A stretch of 64,000 nucleotides of DNA, from the NCBI GenBank assembly GCA_022823085.1, contig JAJDXV010000070.1:4679-68678 (forward strand). The letters are read 5' to 3'. Source of the DNA: Candidatus Poribacteria bacterium (GTDB lineage: Bacteria > Poribacteria > WGA-4E > WGA-3G). Below, one piece after another: positions 46,257-55,400 of this stretch. Each line of letters starts with the position of its first letter. The stretch's first letter is position 1. The notes beneath the pieces are model-generated. The model searched no databases and was not told the DNA's origin. It saw only the letters and a list, made by a program, of their open reading frames with translations. The position numbers and the translations under genes were made by a program.

Positions 46257-46375
46257 AGGACTTACGCAATTTTGACTGTAGACTGTTCTGTTAGAAGAAA
46301 GTTTTCTGGAAACACGGCGTTTTTGCGTCACAAACTAACAGTTTGTGGTACAAAAGAGCATCATGCGTAAGTGCT
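46257..46375 (+). repeat. 119-nt TIR-bounded intergenic element, copy D
   Basis: Starts 81 nt after the isrB stop. Three differences from copy A, two of them a compensatory pair. Right terminus is GTGCT instead of GTCCT. Confidence 0.85.
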
Positions 46376-46415
46376 AAAAAATAGGAAGAACCTTCGCCCG
46401 AAAACGACAGAAAAA

Positions 46416-46967
46416 ATGGCAACAAATTTAGAATTCAAAGCACGGTGTGAGTCGCTTGAAGACCTTTACCGAAGATTGGTTGCGCTAAATGCGCAACATC
46501 GTGAAACCGTCCATCAAATTGATACGTATTTTTCTATGATGACAGACGCAGCTGCTTCAACACAGAAAGACTGCAAACCGCGTCTTAAATTGCGTGAGAT
46601 TGATGAGATAGGTGAAGCGTGGCTTATCTATTATGAGCGTCCGAATCAGAATGAATCTCGCTATAGTCAGTATCACCTCAGCAAAATCAACGATCCATCA
46701 ACCCTCAAAACGTTGCTAACCGCTGCTTTAGGCATCGAAACGATTGTCGAAAAACAACGAGAACTCTGGATGTTCAAGAATACACGTATCCATCTTGATA
46801 CGGTTGCCGGTTTAGGGGAATATATCGAATTGGAAACGGTATTTCAGGGGCAAACTGAAGCCGAAGCGATAGCGGAACATCAACATGTTAAAGATATACT
46901 TCATTTAGACACTGCCGAGCCGGTTGCTGTTTCTTATAGCGACCTGATTATGCAAAAAACGTCATAA
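46416..46967 (+). CDS. CYTH-domain protein (class IV adenylate cyclase / CyaB-like)
   Basis: ORF trimmed to MATNLEFKAR. HQIDTYF, LKLREI, LDTVAGLGEYIELE are colinear with CyaB-type CYTH proteins. The first Glu of ExExK is Asn (NLEFK). Confidence 0.65.
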   Translation: MATNLEFKARCESLEDLYRRLVALNAQHRETVHQIDTYFSMMTDAAASTQKDCKPRLKLREIDEIGEAWLIYYERPNQNESRYSQYHLSKINDPSTLKTLLTAALGIETIVEKQRELWMFKNTRIHLDTVAGLGEYIELETVFQGQTEAEAIAEHQHVKDILHLDTAEPVAVSYSDLIMQKTS

Positions 46968-47005
46968 CCGATTGCGGCGGCACCTGCCCACATAGGAGAA
47001 ATTAA

Positions 47006-47203
47006 ATGAATTACTCAATATATCAGAAAATATTAGAAGAGAGTGGGGACATGGATCGTGCCAAACGGAGCAAACTGCTCAGAATTTATTTGCATATCCC
47101 ATCGCTACCCAAATTACGCGCGATCCGAAAATCGTTAGTCGAACTAAAAGCAGCGTGGAGACAGAGAAACGGTTCACGGCTCGGCTATCCAAACGGAAAA
47201 TAG
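47006..47203 (+). CDS. Small hypothetical protein
   Basis: 65 aa with AGGAG RBS 7 nt upstream. No recognisable motif. Confidence 0.4.
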   Translation: MNYSIYQKILEESGDMDRAKRSKLLRIYLHIPSLPKLRAIRKSLVELKAAWRQRNGSRLGYPNGK

Positions 47204-47217
47204 TCTAACACCGAAAC

Positions 47218-48138
47218 CTATAGACGCGAAAGGGTCGCCTGCACGAGCAGCGGGATCATCAACTCATGATGTCCTGTGAAGGTATAGCCCTTCCCCCCCC
47301 TCTCTGTCGGACGTTTGACGACATTCTCTATAGGACGATATTGCTGGTTCATATCGAAATTCGCAGCGGTGAAGTTGGCGACAGTGTTCCCCAAGTTCCG
47401 TGCGATCGTCAACGCCTTCAAGAAAACCTCTGGCAAAATCACAGCCGATCCGAAGTTCAACACGACACCTCCATCTTCTAAATCTTTTACTACCGCTGTC
47501 AAGAGTCGGAAATCGGTGAAACTTGCTGCGCCGATAGCGGCACCGTCTGCGCTCGGATGCTGATGGATAATATCTGTACCGATGGCGACATGCACCGTGA
47601 TCGGTATATCGTATTGAATCGCTGCTGCAAGGAGACTATATCCATTATAGGGGGCATCCATTTCTATCAGTTGCTGACCCAACGCCTCGCCCATCCCGAT
47701 GCCTGTATTCGCAGCGTTCTGGATGGCTGTGTTCATTAAGTGCCCAGTCTCCTCCCACATCCCGAATTGCCCGTTCTGAAGATAGGCAGAGACATCCTCG
47801 GAAGTCTCGCCGATGAGTGCGATCTCGAAATCGTGAATACTGCTTGCACCGTTGAAGGCAAAGCTGGTAATCACGCCACGTTTTGCCAAGGCTATCAAAA
47901 GCGGACTCAGCCCACACTTGATGACGTGTCCGCCCATCATCACAATGACAGGTTTCTTTTTTTGATGTGCGGCAACAATGTCGTCAACGAGTGCCGGGAA
48001 TTCCGACCCTTTGAGGATCTTTGGGAGACTCGCTAAGAACGGCGACAGATCGGTCTCTGAGTCTGGTAGCGTCGCAAAATCGTGAACGGAGACTTTGTTG
48101 ATACGCTCCTGAAGCGGATAAGTGGTCACAGCGGACAT
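47218..48138 (-). CDS. Hypothetical protein (Rossmann-like, possibly deoxyhypusine-synthase-like fold)
   Basis: ORF 47218..48168 trimmed to the MSAVTTYPL ATG, 1 nt after the upstream TAA. KPVIVMMGGHVIKCG...FNGASSIHD. Function not assignable. Confidence 0.55.
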   Translation of the reverse strand: MSAVTTYPLQERINKVSVHDFATLPDSETDLSPFLASLPKILKGSEFPALVDDIVAAHQKKKPVIVMMGGHVIKCGLSPLLIALAKRGVITSFAFNGASSIHDFEIALIGETSEDVSAYLQNGQFGMWEETGHLMNTAIQNAANTGIGMGEALGQQLIEMDAPYNGYSLLAAAIQYDIPITVHVAIGTDIIHQHPSADGAAIGAASFTDFRLLTAVVKDLEDGGVVLNFGSAVILPEVFLKALTIARNLGNTVANFTAANFDMNQQYRPIENVVKRPTERGGKGYTFTGHHELMIPLLVQATLSRL

Positions 48139-48139
48139 A

Positions 48140-49708
48140 TTAACCGGTTTCCAAGGTTTCTTCATCATTTTTGTCCTTCAATCGTTTAAAATAAAAAATT
48201 ATACCGACAATAAACCAGAACAGCAGGACTGTGCGTTGGTGTAGGATGTTATCTGCGAGTCCATAAATAAGAGCAGAAATCAGGAAACCGCTTGCACCGA
48301 TGAAAGTGCCACTGCCCCAAAAATCGGTGGCACGTCTTATGCGGTAAACCTGCTGACAGATAATTATCACCATCCATAGAAACAGCAGAAGCGACGGGAT
48401 GCCGTGTTCAACTGCAATATGTAGATAGATATTGTGTGCGTGGTACGGGATGTTATATTGTTCAGGCGGTCCGCTATGTTGATATTCATAACGAAACCGC
48501 CCCAATCCGATGCCTGTTAATGGATACTTTTTGATGAGTTCCAGCGAGGTCTGCCACCACTGTGGACGTTCACCCATAAATCCGATAGGTTGTTCAACCA
48601 TCGTTTGGAAACGTGCCTTGATATGCTGCGGCATCAGAAATAACGACACGCCTATAACCACGATGCTTACAGCGGTGCCTAACAGAATCCGTCTTCGTAA
48701 TCCGCTTGAAGATTCGAGACTCCGTAGGGAGGCGGCGACCTCGCCTCTATAGGTACCCCGGTTTCTCCTCCGAACGATGAGATAGACACCGAGACAGACA
48801 GTCGCGAAGGTAACGCTCACCCAAGCGGCACGTGTCAGCGTTAGTACGAGGTTCGCACTCATCAGTATTACAACCGTACCGAGAACCCAAATTATCCGTA
48901 TCCTGTTCTGCTTCTGTTTCGGGTACCTCCGGCAACCCGCGAAAAAATAACCGATCACAAACGGCAGCCCGAGTGTGAGATAGGCACCGAGATCATTCGG
49001 CATCTTAAAGGTCCCCGTGAGCCGCTGTTCAATCATGTAGACCCTGAGATGTGTTTCATCTTTGCGAACGACGTAGCGTCTCTGGCGTGCGGGGTCATCA
49101 ATCCGCCATTCGTCTGGCTGTTTTGAAGGCGAAATTGTTGCGGTTTCGGAGAGCGGTACACTGCATTCCCGTAGTTCGGCCCGTAATTCATCTGAAAACG
49201 TTTTTCCTATATCAAATTCTTCCTGAAATTGTACCCCGATCCGCCCCATAAAGTCAATTGCTAAACGGGTATCATTGGCGTAATACCAGAGTCCGAGTGC
49301 GGAAGATATACCCGCTGCGGCGATAAAAACGATCACGATATGCTGCCATCGATCCTGCAATCGACTCTGAATAACGGCATAAAAGAGCAGAATCGCACGG
49401 AGCAGTTTCCAAAAATAGCCGAGGCTACTTCTTGCAGGATGCGGTGCGAAGAGACAGGCGATCAGCGATAGTCCTAAAAATAGAACGATGGGTAGATCAA
49501 GCGGGGTACGTTGCCACGCCAATTTCCGTTCAGAAATCATCCGCCCTACCCATCCGAGTAGCACAAACGACAGTCCGATATTGAGGAAGATCGTCGAATA
49601 ACCGAAAGGTAAAGCGAGGACGAAAATAAGGAATCCGATGTAGGTAGCGGCATCAAATATCGCTTCAGAGGTGATGCGTGAAAGGGGTCCCGGTTTCAGT
49701 TTTAACAT
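48140..49708 (-). CDS. O-antigen ligase (Wzy_C) family membrane protein
   Basis: 522 aa, polytopic. YHAHNIYLHIAVEHGIPSLLLF matches the Wzy_C signature. Confidence 0.7.
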   Translation of the reverse strand: MLKLKPGPLSRITSEAIFDAATYIGFLIFVLALPFGYSTIFLNIGLSFVLLGWVGRMISERKLAWQRTPLDLPIVLFLGLSLIACLFAPHPARSSLGYFWKLLRAILLFYAVIQSRLQDRWQHIVIVFIAAAGISSALGLWYYANDTRLAIDFMGRIGVQFQEEFDIGKTFSDELRAELRECSVPLSETATISPSKQPDEWRIDDPARQRRYVVRKDETHLRVYMIEQRLTGTFKMPNDLGAYLTLGLPFVIGYFFAGCRRYPKQKQNRIRIIWVLGTVVILMSANLVLTLTRAAWVSVTFATVCLGVYLIVRRRNRGTYRGEVAASLRSLESSSGLRRRILLGTAVSIVVIGVSLFLMPQHIKARFQTMVEQPIGFMGERPQWWQTSLELIKKYPLTGIGLGRFRYEYQHSGPPEQYNIPYHAHNIYLHIAVEHGIPSLLLFLWMVIIICQQVYRIRRATDFWGSGTFIGASGFLISALIYGLADNILHQRTVLLFWFIVGIIFYFKRLKDKNDEETLETG

Positions 49709-49807
49709 AAACGTGAAGAAATTAAATAGTTCTTGAAAAATTTACGAAAAATGTAATACAATACTCGTTAACCAACACCATCCATAATGTATAAAGGGGA
49801 TTCCACC

Positions 49808-51007
49808 ATGCGTTTTACACACAATTTCGTTGCTCGATTTCTCGTATTCTGTCTGATCGGTTCGCTATTCACAGTATCTGCCTCCGCCTTTATTGAGCGA
49901 GAATATACGACTCGTGAAGTGCTTGATGCTTGTACGAACATCGTTTTCGGTAAAGTCAAAAGTGTTGATCGTGCGCGTTTGCGCGGTGTCGTTACTGTCG
50001 AAGAAGATGTCAAAGGTAAGAGCGGTCTCAAGGAAATCAAGATGAACTTCGCCACCGGACATTACAAGCGAAACACCTCTCCAGAAAAACTGGCGAAATT
50101 GCTCAAACCTGGGATGCCGATCATTGTTTTCTATCGTGAACATTACGGTATCGACAGTATGTGCTTTGTTGATAATACGTGGTTTCAGATGCGTGCGTAT
50201 CGTGGTGGATATAACAGTGCGTGGTGGACATTCACACACATTGATCCGATGATGTCGCGGACGTTTGATGGCAAGACGAAGGCGTTTCAAAAGATTGTTC
50301 GCGACCTGTTAGCCGGTAAAATGTGGGTCGCTGCACCAAAGAATGCCGCGAAAGTCTTAGTCCTGACCGGAAATAGTACATATCCGACATGGAGCCAAAC
50401 GCCTGTCTATACGAACGCTGCAACTTATGAATATCAGGCATTGCGGTCTGTAAAAGAGGGGCGCAAACGTCCGATCGTTTATGAACTCACCAAAGAACAG
50501 ACGCTGCCGCATCTGGAGAAAGCCGATATCCTCTGGATCGGCTATGAAGAGATTTCGAGTGACGGACGCTATCTCCTTTCGGATGAAACTGAGGCAAAGA
50601 TTAAGGCGTTCGTGAAGAACGGCGGTATCGTTGTTGTTGCGGGGCAAGACAGTCGTGCCGAGAAGCCGTGTGGCACTGGGTGGCTGCAAGGCGGCAAGTT
50701 GAAAGGCGTTGAAAGTCCACCGTCACAGAATTTTACCATCACCGAAACAGGAAAATCTGTGTTCTCTACCCCTAACAAGATTTTGTCTGGCAAAATCTTC
50801 GTTGATGATGCCTGGGTCAATTGGGATCGGCGGGATGAAGTGTTCGCGACGACCGAAGATAAAAAAGAACTCGTTGTCGGTGCGAGACGACACGGCAAGG
50901 GGTTATACATTATCACCAGCCTTCGTAACGATAGCCAATATACAACTGAAATAAACAAAGCACTCATAGAAAATATTATGTACTATGCTGTGAGCCAACT
51001 CAAGTAG
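49808..51007 (+). CDS. Secreted hypothetical protein with GATase1/ThuA-like C-terminal half
   Basis: ORF trimmed to MRFTHNFVARFLVFCLIGSLFTVSASA (signal peptide). ADILWIGYEE...FVKNGGIVVVAGQD. Confidence 0.55.
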   Translation: MRFTHNFVARFLVFCLIGSLFTVSASAFIEREYTTREVLDACTNIVFGKVKSVDRARLRGVVTVEEDVKGKSGLKEIKMNFATGHYKRNTSPEKLAKLLKPGMPIIVFYREHYGIDSMCFVDNTWFQMRAYRGGYNSAWWTFTHIDPMMSRTFDGKTKAFQKIVRDLLAGKMWVAAPKNAAKVLVLTGNSTYPTWSQTPVYTNAATYEYQALRSVKEGRKRPIVYELTKEQTLPHLEKADILWIGYEEISSDGRYLLSDETEAKIKAFVKNGGIVVVAGQDSRAEKPCGTGWLQGGKLKGVESPPSQNFTITETGKSVFSTPNKILSGKIFVDDAWVNWDRRDEVFATTEDKKELVVGARRHGKGLYIITSLRNDSQYTTEINKALIENIMYYAVSQLK

Positions 51008-51071
51008 GGGCAGGTGCTATGTCGCGCTAAGGATAAAGATCGCGAGCACAGCTCGCTCCTACAAAAGCGGG

Positions 51072-52268
51072 TTACATGAACTTCGCGACGACTAATGTGA
51101 TGTCATCACTGGTGCTTTCGCCGCGCTGATATGCCTGAAGGTCGTTCAGGATTTCCGCTTTGATCTCTGTTGGTGTTAGGTGCCGCTTTTCGGAGATGAG
51201 TGCTTTGAAACGTTCCAAACCATACATTTCAGTCTCCGGGTTGAACGCCTCGGTGATGCCGTCTGAATAAAGCACTAACAGATCCCCTGGGTACCATTTG
51301 ACTTCGGTGCTGTCGTATTGTGTGGGTCCATTGAACTTTGGGAAACCGGCTGGCATAAACCCTGACTCTAATTCAATCGGGTCGTCCGTATCGTTTTCGT
51401 GTTCGGCCCGATAGAGCAGCATTTGGGGATGACCGGCATTGGCGAACTCGAACCGATTGTCGGGGTGTATGATAAGATAGCAGCAGGTCATATAGATAAA
51501 GGCTTGTGAATCTTCTTCTACGACTCTGGCAACCGCTTTCATCACTTCAGGCACGGATGCATCAAAACGGATCTGTGTTTGCAAGCAGCTTTTGGTCATC
51601 GCTGCGACCATGGCTGAATGGTAGCCGTGTCCCATCACATCCCCAATAAAGATAGCGACGCGGTTGTCAGGGAGACTTAAATAGTCATAATAATCGCCGC
51701 CGACACTATTTGCTGGTTGACAATAACCGGCAGAAGATATAGAGGGATGCGAAATCTCTTGGTCTGGAAGGATAGACTGTTGGACCGCAGCGGCGAGTCG
51801 CATGGATTCTTGCTGTGCGACTTCTTTGCGGATTGCACTCATCTGGATTTCAAGGTCGCGTCGGATTTTATCGTTTAGAACGCGGAACATGCCGCTACCG
51901 ATCCGTGGTTCACGCGCCATTGCGTTGTAAAAATCGGCTCTCGTGATCCTGAGGAACTGTGTCGGTTTTACTGTTTTGACGGTTGCGCTCCGAGGTTTGT
52001 TGTCAATCAAAGCGATTTCACCGAGGCAGTAGCCTTTCTCGTTAAAGAAGAGGACCTCTGTGCCTGCTTTGATAATGCTAACTTCACCTTCGACGAGCAG
52101 GTAGAGCGAATCGCCGTCGTCGCCCTCCTCAAATAGTGTTGCATCAGCAGGATAAGCGACTTCGCTTGTACGCTGACAGATCAATTTTAGTTCGGTCTCT
52201 GGAAGCTCCGCGAAAAGTTCTGTCTGCTGTAAAAACCTTATTTTATCTTCATCTGCTAACATTATCAT
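51072..52268 (-). CDS. cNMP-binding domain / PP2C (SpoIIE-RsbU type) serine phosphatase fusion
   Basis: 398 aa. FEEGDDGDSLYLLVEGEV...GEIALIDNKPRSATV, then GDYYDY...GDVMGHGYHSAM...YSDGITEA. Confidence 0.8.
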   Translation of the reverse strand: MIMLADEDKIRFLQQTELFAELPETELKLICQRTSEVAYPADATLFEEGDDGDSLYLLVEGEVSIIKAGTEVLFFNEKGYCLGEIALIDNKPRSATVKTVKPTQFLRITRADFYNAMAREPRIGSGMFRVLNDKIRRDLEIQMSAIRKEVAQQESMRLAAAVQQSILPDQEISHPSISSAGYCQPANSVGGDYYDYLSLPDNRVAIFIGDVMGHGYHSAMVAAMTKSCLQTQIRFDASVPEVMKAVARVVEEDSQAFIYMTCCYLIIHPDNRFEFANAGHPQMLLYRAEHENDTDDPIELESGFMPAGFPKFNGPTQYDSTEVKWYPGDLLVLYSDGITEAFNPETEMYGLERFKALISEKRHLTPTEIKAEILNDLQAYQRGESTSDDITLVVAKFM

Positions 52269-52383
52269 TTCAGCCTTTGACTTTTTGTAGAAATTGTGTT
52301 ATCTTTAATTCTTAATAGTTGTCAGTTATCAGTACGATTTTTCTACGAAAAATCTTTCAGTTTTCAGTTAAGAGGACTCTTGT

Positions 52384-52418
52384 AACTGATAACTGTTAAC
52401 TGTTAACTGTTAACTAAT
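52384..52418 (+). repeat. Tandem heptamer array AACTGNT x5
   Basis: aactgat aactgtt aactgtt aactgtt aactaat, nested within the inverted repeat AGTTGTCAGTT (52317-27) / AACTGACAAC (52421-30). Confidence 0.85.
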
Positions 52419-52475
52419 TCAACTGACAACGCGTCCTCACCTTGGAATACTTATTATGCCACAGAAAAGGGAATT

Positions 52476-55400
52476 ATGTCAATAACTGATTTTTTTCGCG
52501 GGAAAGTTCTGCTTATTACTGGTGGTACCGCATTTTTGGGGCAGCCGCTAATCGCAAAGATTTTGACGGCGCTTCCCGATGTCGAAAAGATTTATCTGCT
52601 CATCCGAAGCCGTACCGATACCTCTGGCAAACGCACGTCTGCCCAAGAACGGTTGGAAAATGAACTTCTCGCCTCGGATGTCTTTGCTTCGCTCCGCCGT
52701 TTGCACGGTACCAACTTTAGTACATGGGCACTCCAGAAACTTGTAGCCGTTGAAGGCGAACTCACTGACGAAAACCTCGGCTTCAGTGCTCCGGATTACC
52801 AGCGCCTCCAGCGCGAAGTCCAGGTTTTTATTAACGTCGCTGGTCTCGTCGATTTCGATCCGCCTTTTGATGATTCTTTATGGGGTAACGCGCTCGCTGC
52901 GAAGCACGTCGTCAACTTCGCAAAGGGCTGCGCAGATGCGGTGTTCCTTCATGTTTCAACGGCTTACGTCTGCGGGAACAAGCCTGGGCATGTCCCCGAA
53001 GCGTTACCGATCCCATACGAGCAATACGTCGCATCGCATCGCGAAAAGACGGGTGTCTCTATCCCAGAAACACTTTCAGAAGAGATTGAGGGGTTACTCT
53101 CTCTAAGTGCTACGATTCGCGCGGAAGCGGACACACCGGAGACCCTCGCACGTTTGCAGCAAGAAGCAGAACGGCAGAAAAAAACGACACGTAAAGGGAT
53201 TGACGCGCACGTTGAAGAATTAAAATCAGATTGGCTTGAGGAACGCTTGATTGAAGAGGGGCTGAAACACGCCCGCTCGCGCGGCTGGAATGATACTTAT
53301 ACCTACATGAAATTCCTCGCCGAGCAGATGATCATGGAACTGCGTGGTGAGCTCCCGACTGCTATTGTCCGTCCCTCAATTATCGAAAGCAGTTTTGATG
53401 AACCTGAACCGGGTTGGCTCGGTAAGTTTCGGATGTCTGAACCGTTGATCGTCGGGTTCGGAAAGGGACGCCTTCCAGATTTTCCGGCGGACCCGGATAT
53501 AATCTTGGACATTATTCCGGTTGATTTCGTTGTTAACGCTATGCTGGCAGCTGCTGAAGCGACAGCAAAACGTGGCGGTATCGAGGTCTATCACGTGGCA
53601 ACAGGCACACAGAACCCGCTCTACTTTCGCGGTATCTTCGAGGCGACCCACGATTATTTTGTCGAGAATCCGATGTTGGAAAACGGGAAACCGGTCGCCG
53701 TCCCGGTGTGGCAATATCCGAGCATGGAAGAATTCCAGCGGAAGCTCGATAGCCGAATGACCCTCCTTGACCTTACCATCCAAGTGCTTGATAAACTGCC
53801 AATCCGCGCAGCGAAACGGAAACGTCGTCAACTTGCGCTGAAACAGAGCGGTATCAAGGCACTCCTACATTATATCAGGATTTACGCGCCTTATACGCGG
53901 ACGAGTTTTGAGTTTGAGACGCGAAAGATGCAAGGACTTTACGAAGCGCTCTCGCCGACGGAACAGCAACGGTTTAACTTCGATGTCTCACAGATCCATT
54001 GGAGACGGTATTTCCAAGAGATCCATATCCCCGGTATCAAGAAGCACGTCCTGAAAATTGAGGGTAGTACAGCGAACGACTCGGAGACAGATGGTGCGCG
54101 TGCGTCTGCTACCAAACAGGGGCGAACAGGTGCGGAAGACGAATCAGAGGAGTCTGTCGCGGCACCTGAACGGATTGATCCGGAAACGATTGTAGACCTG
54201 ATAAAGACGCAAGCCTCGCGAATTCCGGATAGGGTTGCCTTGCAAATGGCAAGCGAGGATGCGTGGGAACAGTATACCTACGCGGAAACCTATAGGTTAT
54301 CACGCCAAGTTGCGTGGCAGTTATGGCAGAGCGGTTTAGGTAAAGGTGACCGCGTTGTACTCGTCTCGGAAAACCAGCCGGGGTGGTGTATCGCGTATCT
54401 CGCCGCCGTCCAGATCGGCGCGGCAGTCGTTCCACTTGATGCCCAGACCCCTACCGCCGAAATCTTGGCAATCGCCGAGTTCACCGATGCCAAATCGATT
54501 TTAGCGTCTGAAAGTGTATTAGAAAAAGCTGGTGCTGCCCTGTCAGCGGCAGGTTCAACGCTGCACAACATCAATAAGAGCTGTGCAGTGGTCGGTGCTG
54601 ACAATGGGCGTAGTGGGAACGGGGTAGCCCAGCCCGAACAGATACCGGACGATTTCCCGAATGTAGAGATTACGCCGGATACCGTTGCGTCTATTATCTT
54701 CACGATGGGTACGACAGTAGAGGCAAAGGGTGCGATGCTCACGCACGGTGGCTTCATCTCTAACGTGCAAGCGGTTGCGAAAGCACTCCCGCCGACAGAT
54801 ACAGAACGCATCCTATCCGCCCTCCCGTTGTATCACGCTTTGAGCTTCTCTTGCAGCTTGTTGATGGCACTCTACAGCGGCACCACGGCGACTTATGTCA
54901 ACGCACTCCGTCCGACAACGCTTCTGAAAACGATGCGTGCGTTGAAGACGACGGCTTTTATCGGCGTACCGCGTCTATTTCAGATGCTTCAGGGTACGAT
55001 TGAAAGACAGGCGGCCCGAGAAGAGACACCGGGGACGACGTTACCAGAGAAGGTGCAGGCTGTTATGGGGGGTGAGATTCGTGTCCTCGTTAGTGGCGGT
55101 GCTTCACTGTCAGATTCGGTTTACGACGGGTTCCAAAAGTTCGGTATGGTGCTTTACCAAGGCTACGGCATGACAGAGACGGCACCGGTGCTGAGCGTTA
55201 ATCCGTACCGCAAGAGCAGACGCGGATCGGTTGGGCCGGCGGTGGAAGGCGTAGAACTTCGGATTGAGAACCCGGATAGCGACGGCATCGGTGAAATCAT
55301 CGCGAAGGGCCCGAGTACGATGCAGGGATATTATCAGAACCCCGCGGCGACAACGCAGGCGATCCGAGACGGATGGCTTTACACGGGGGATCTCGGTTAT

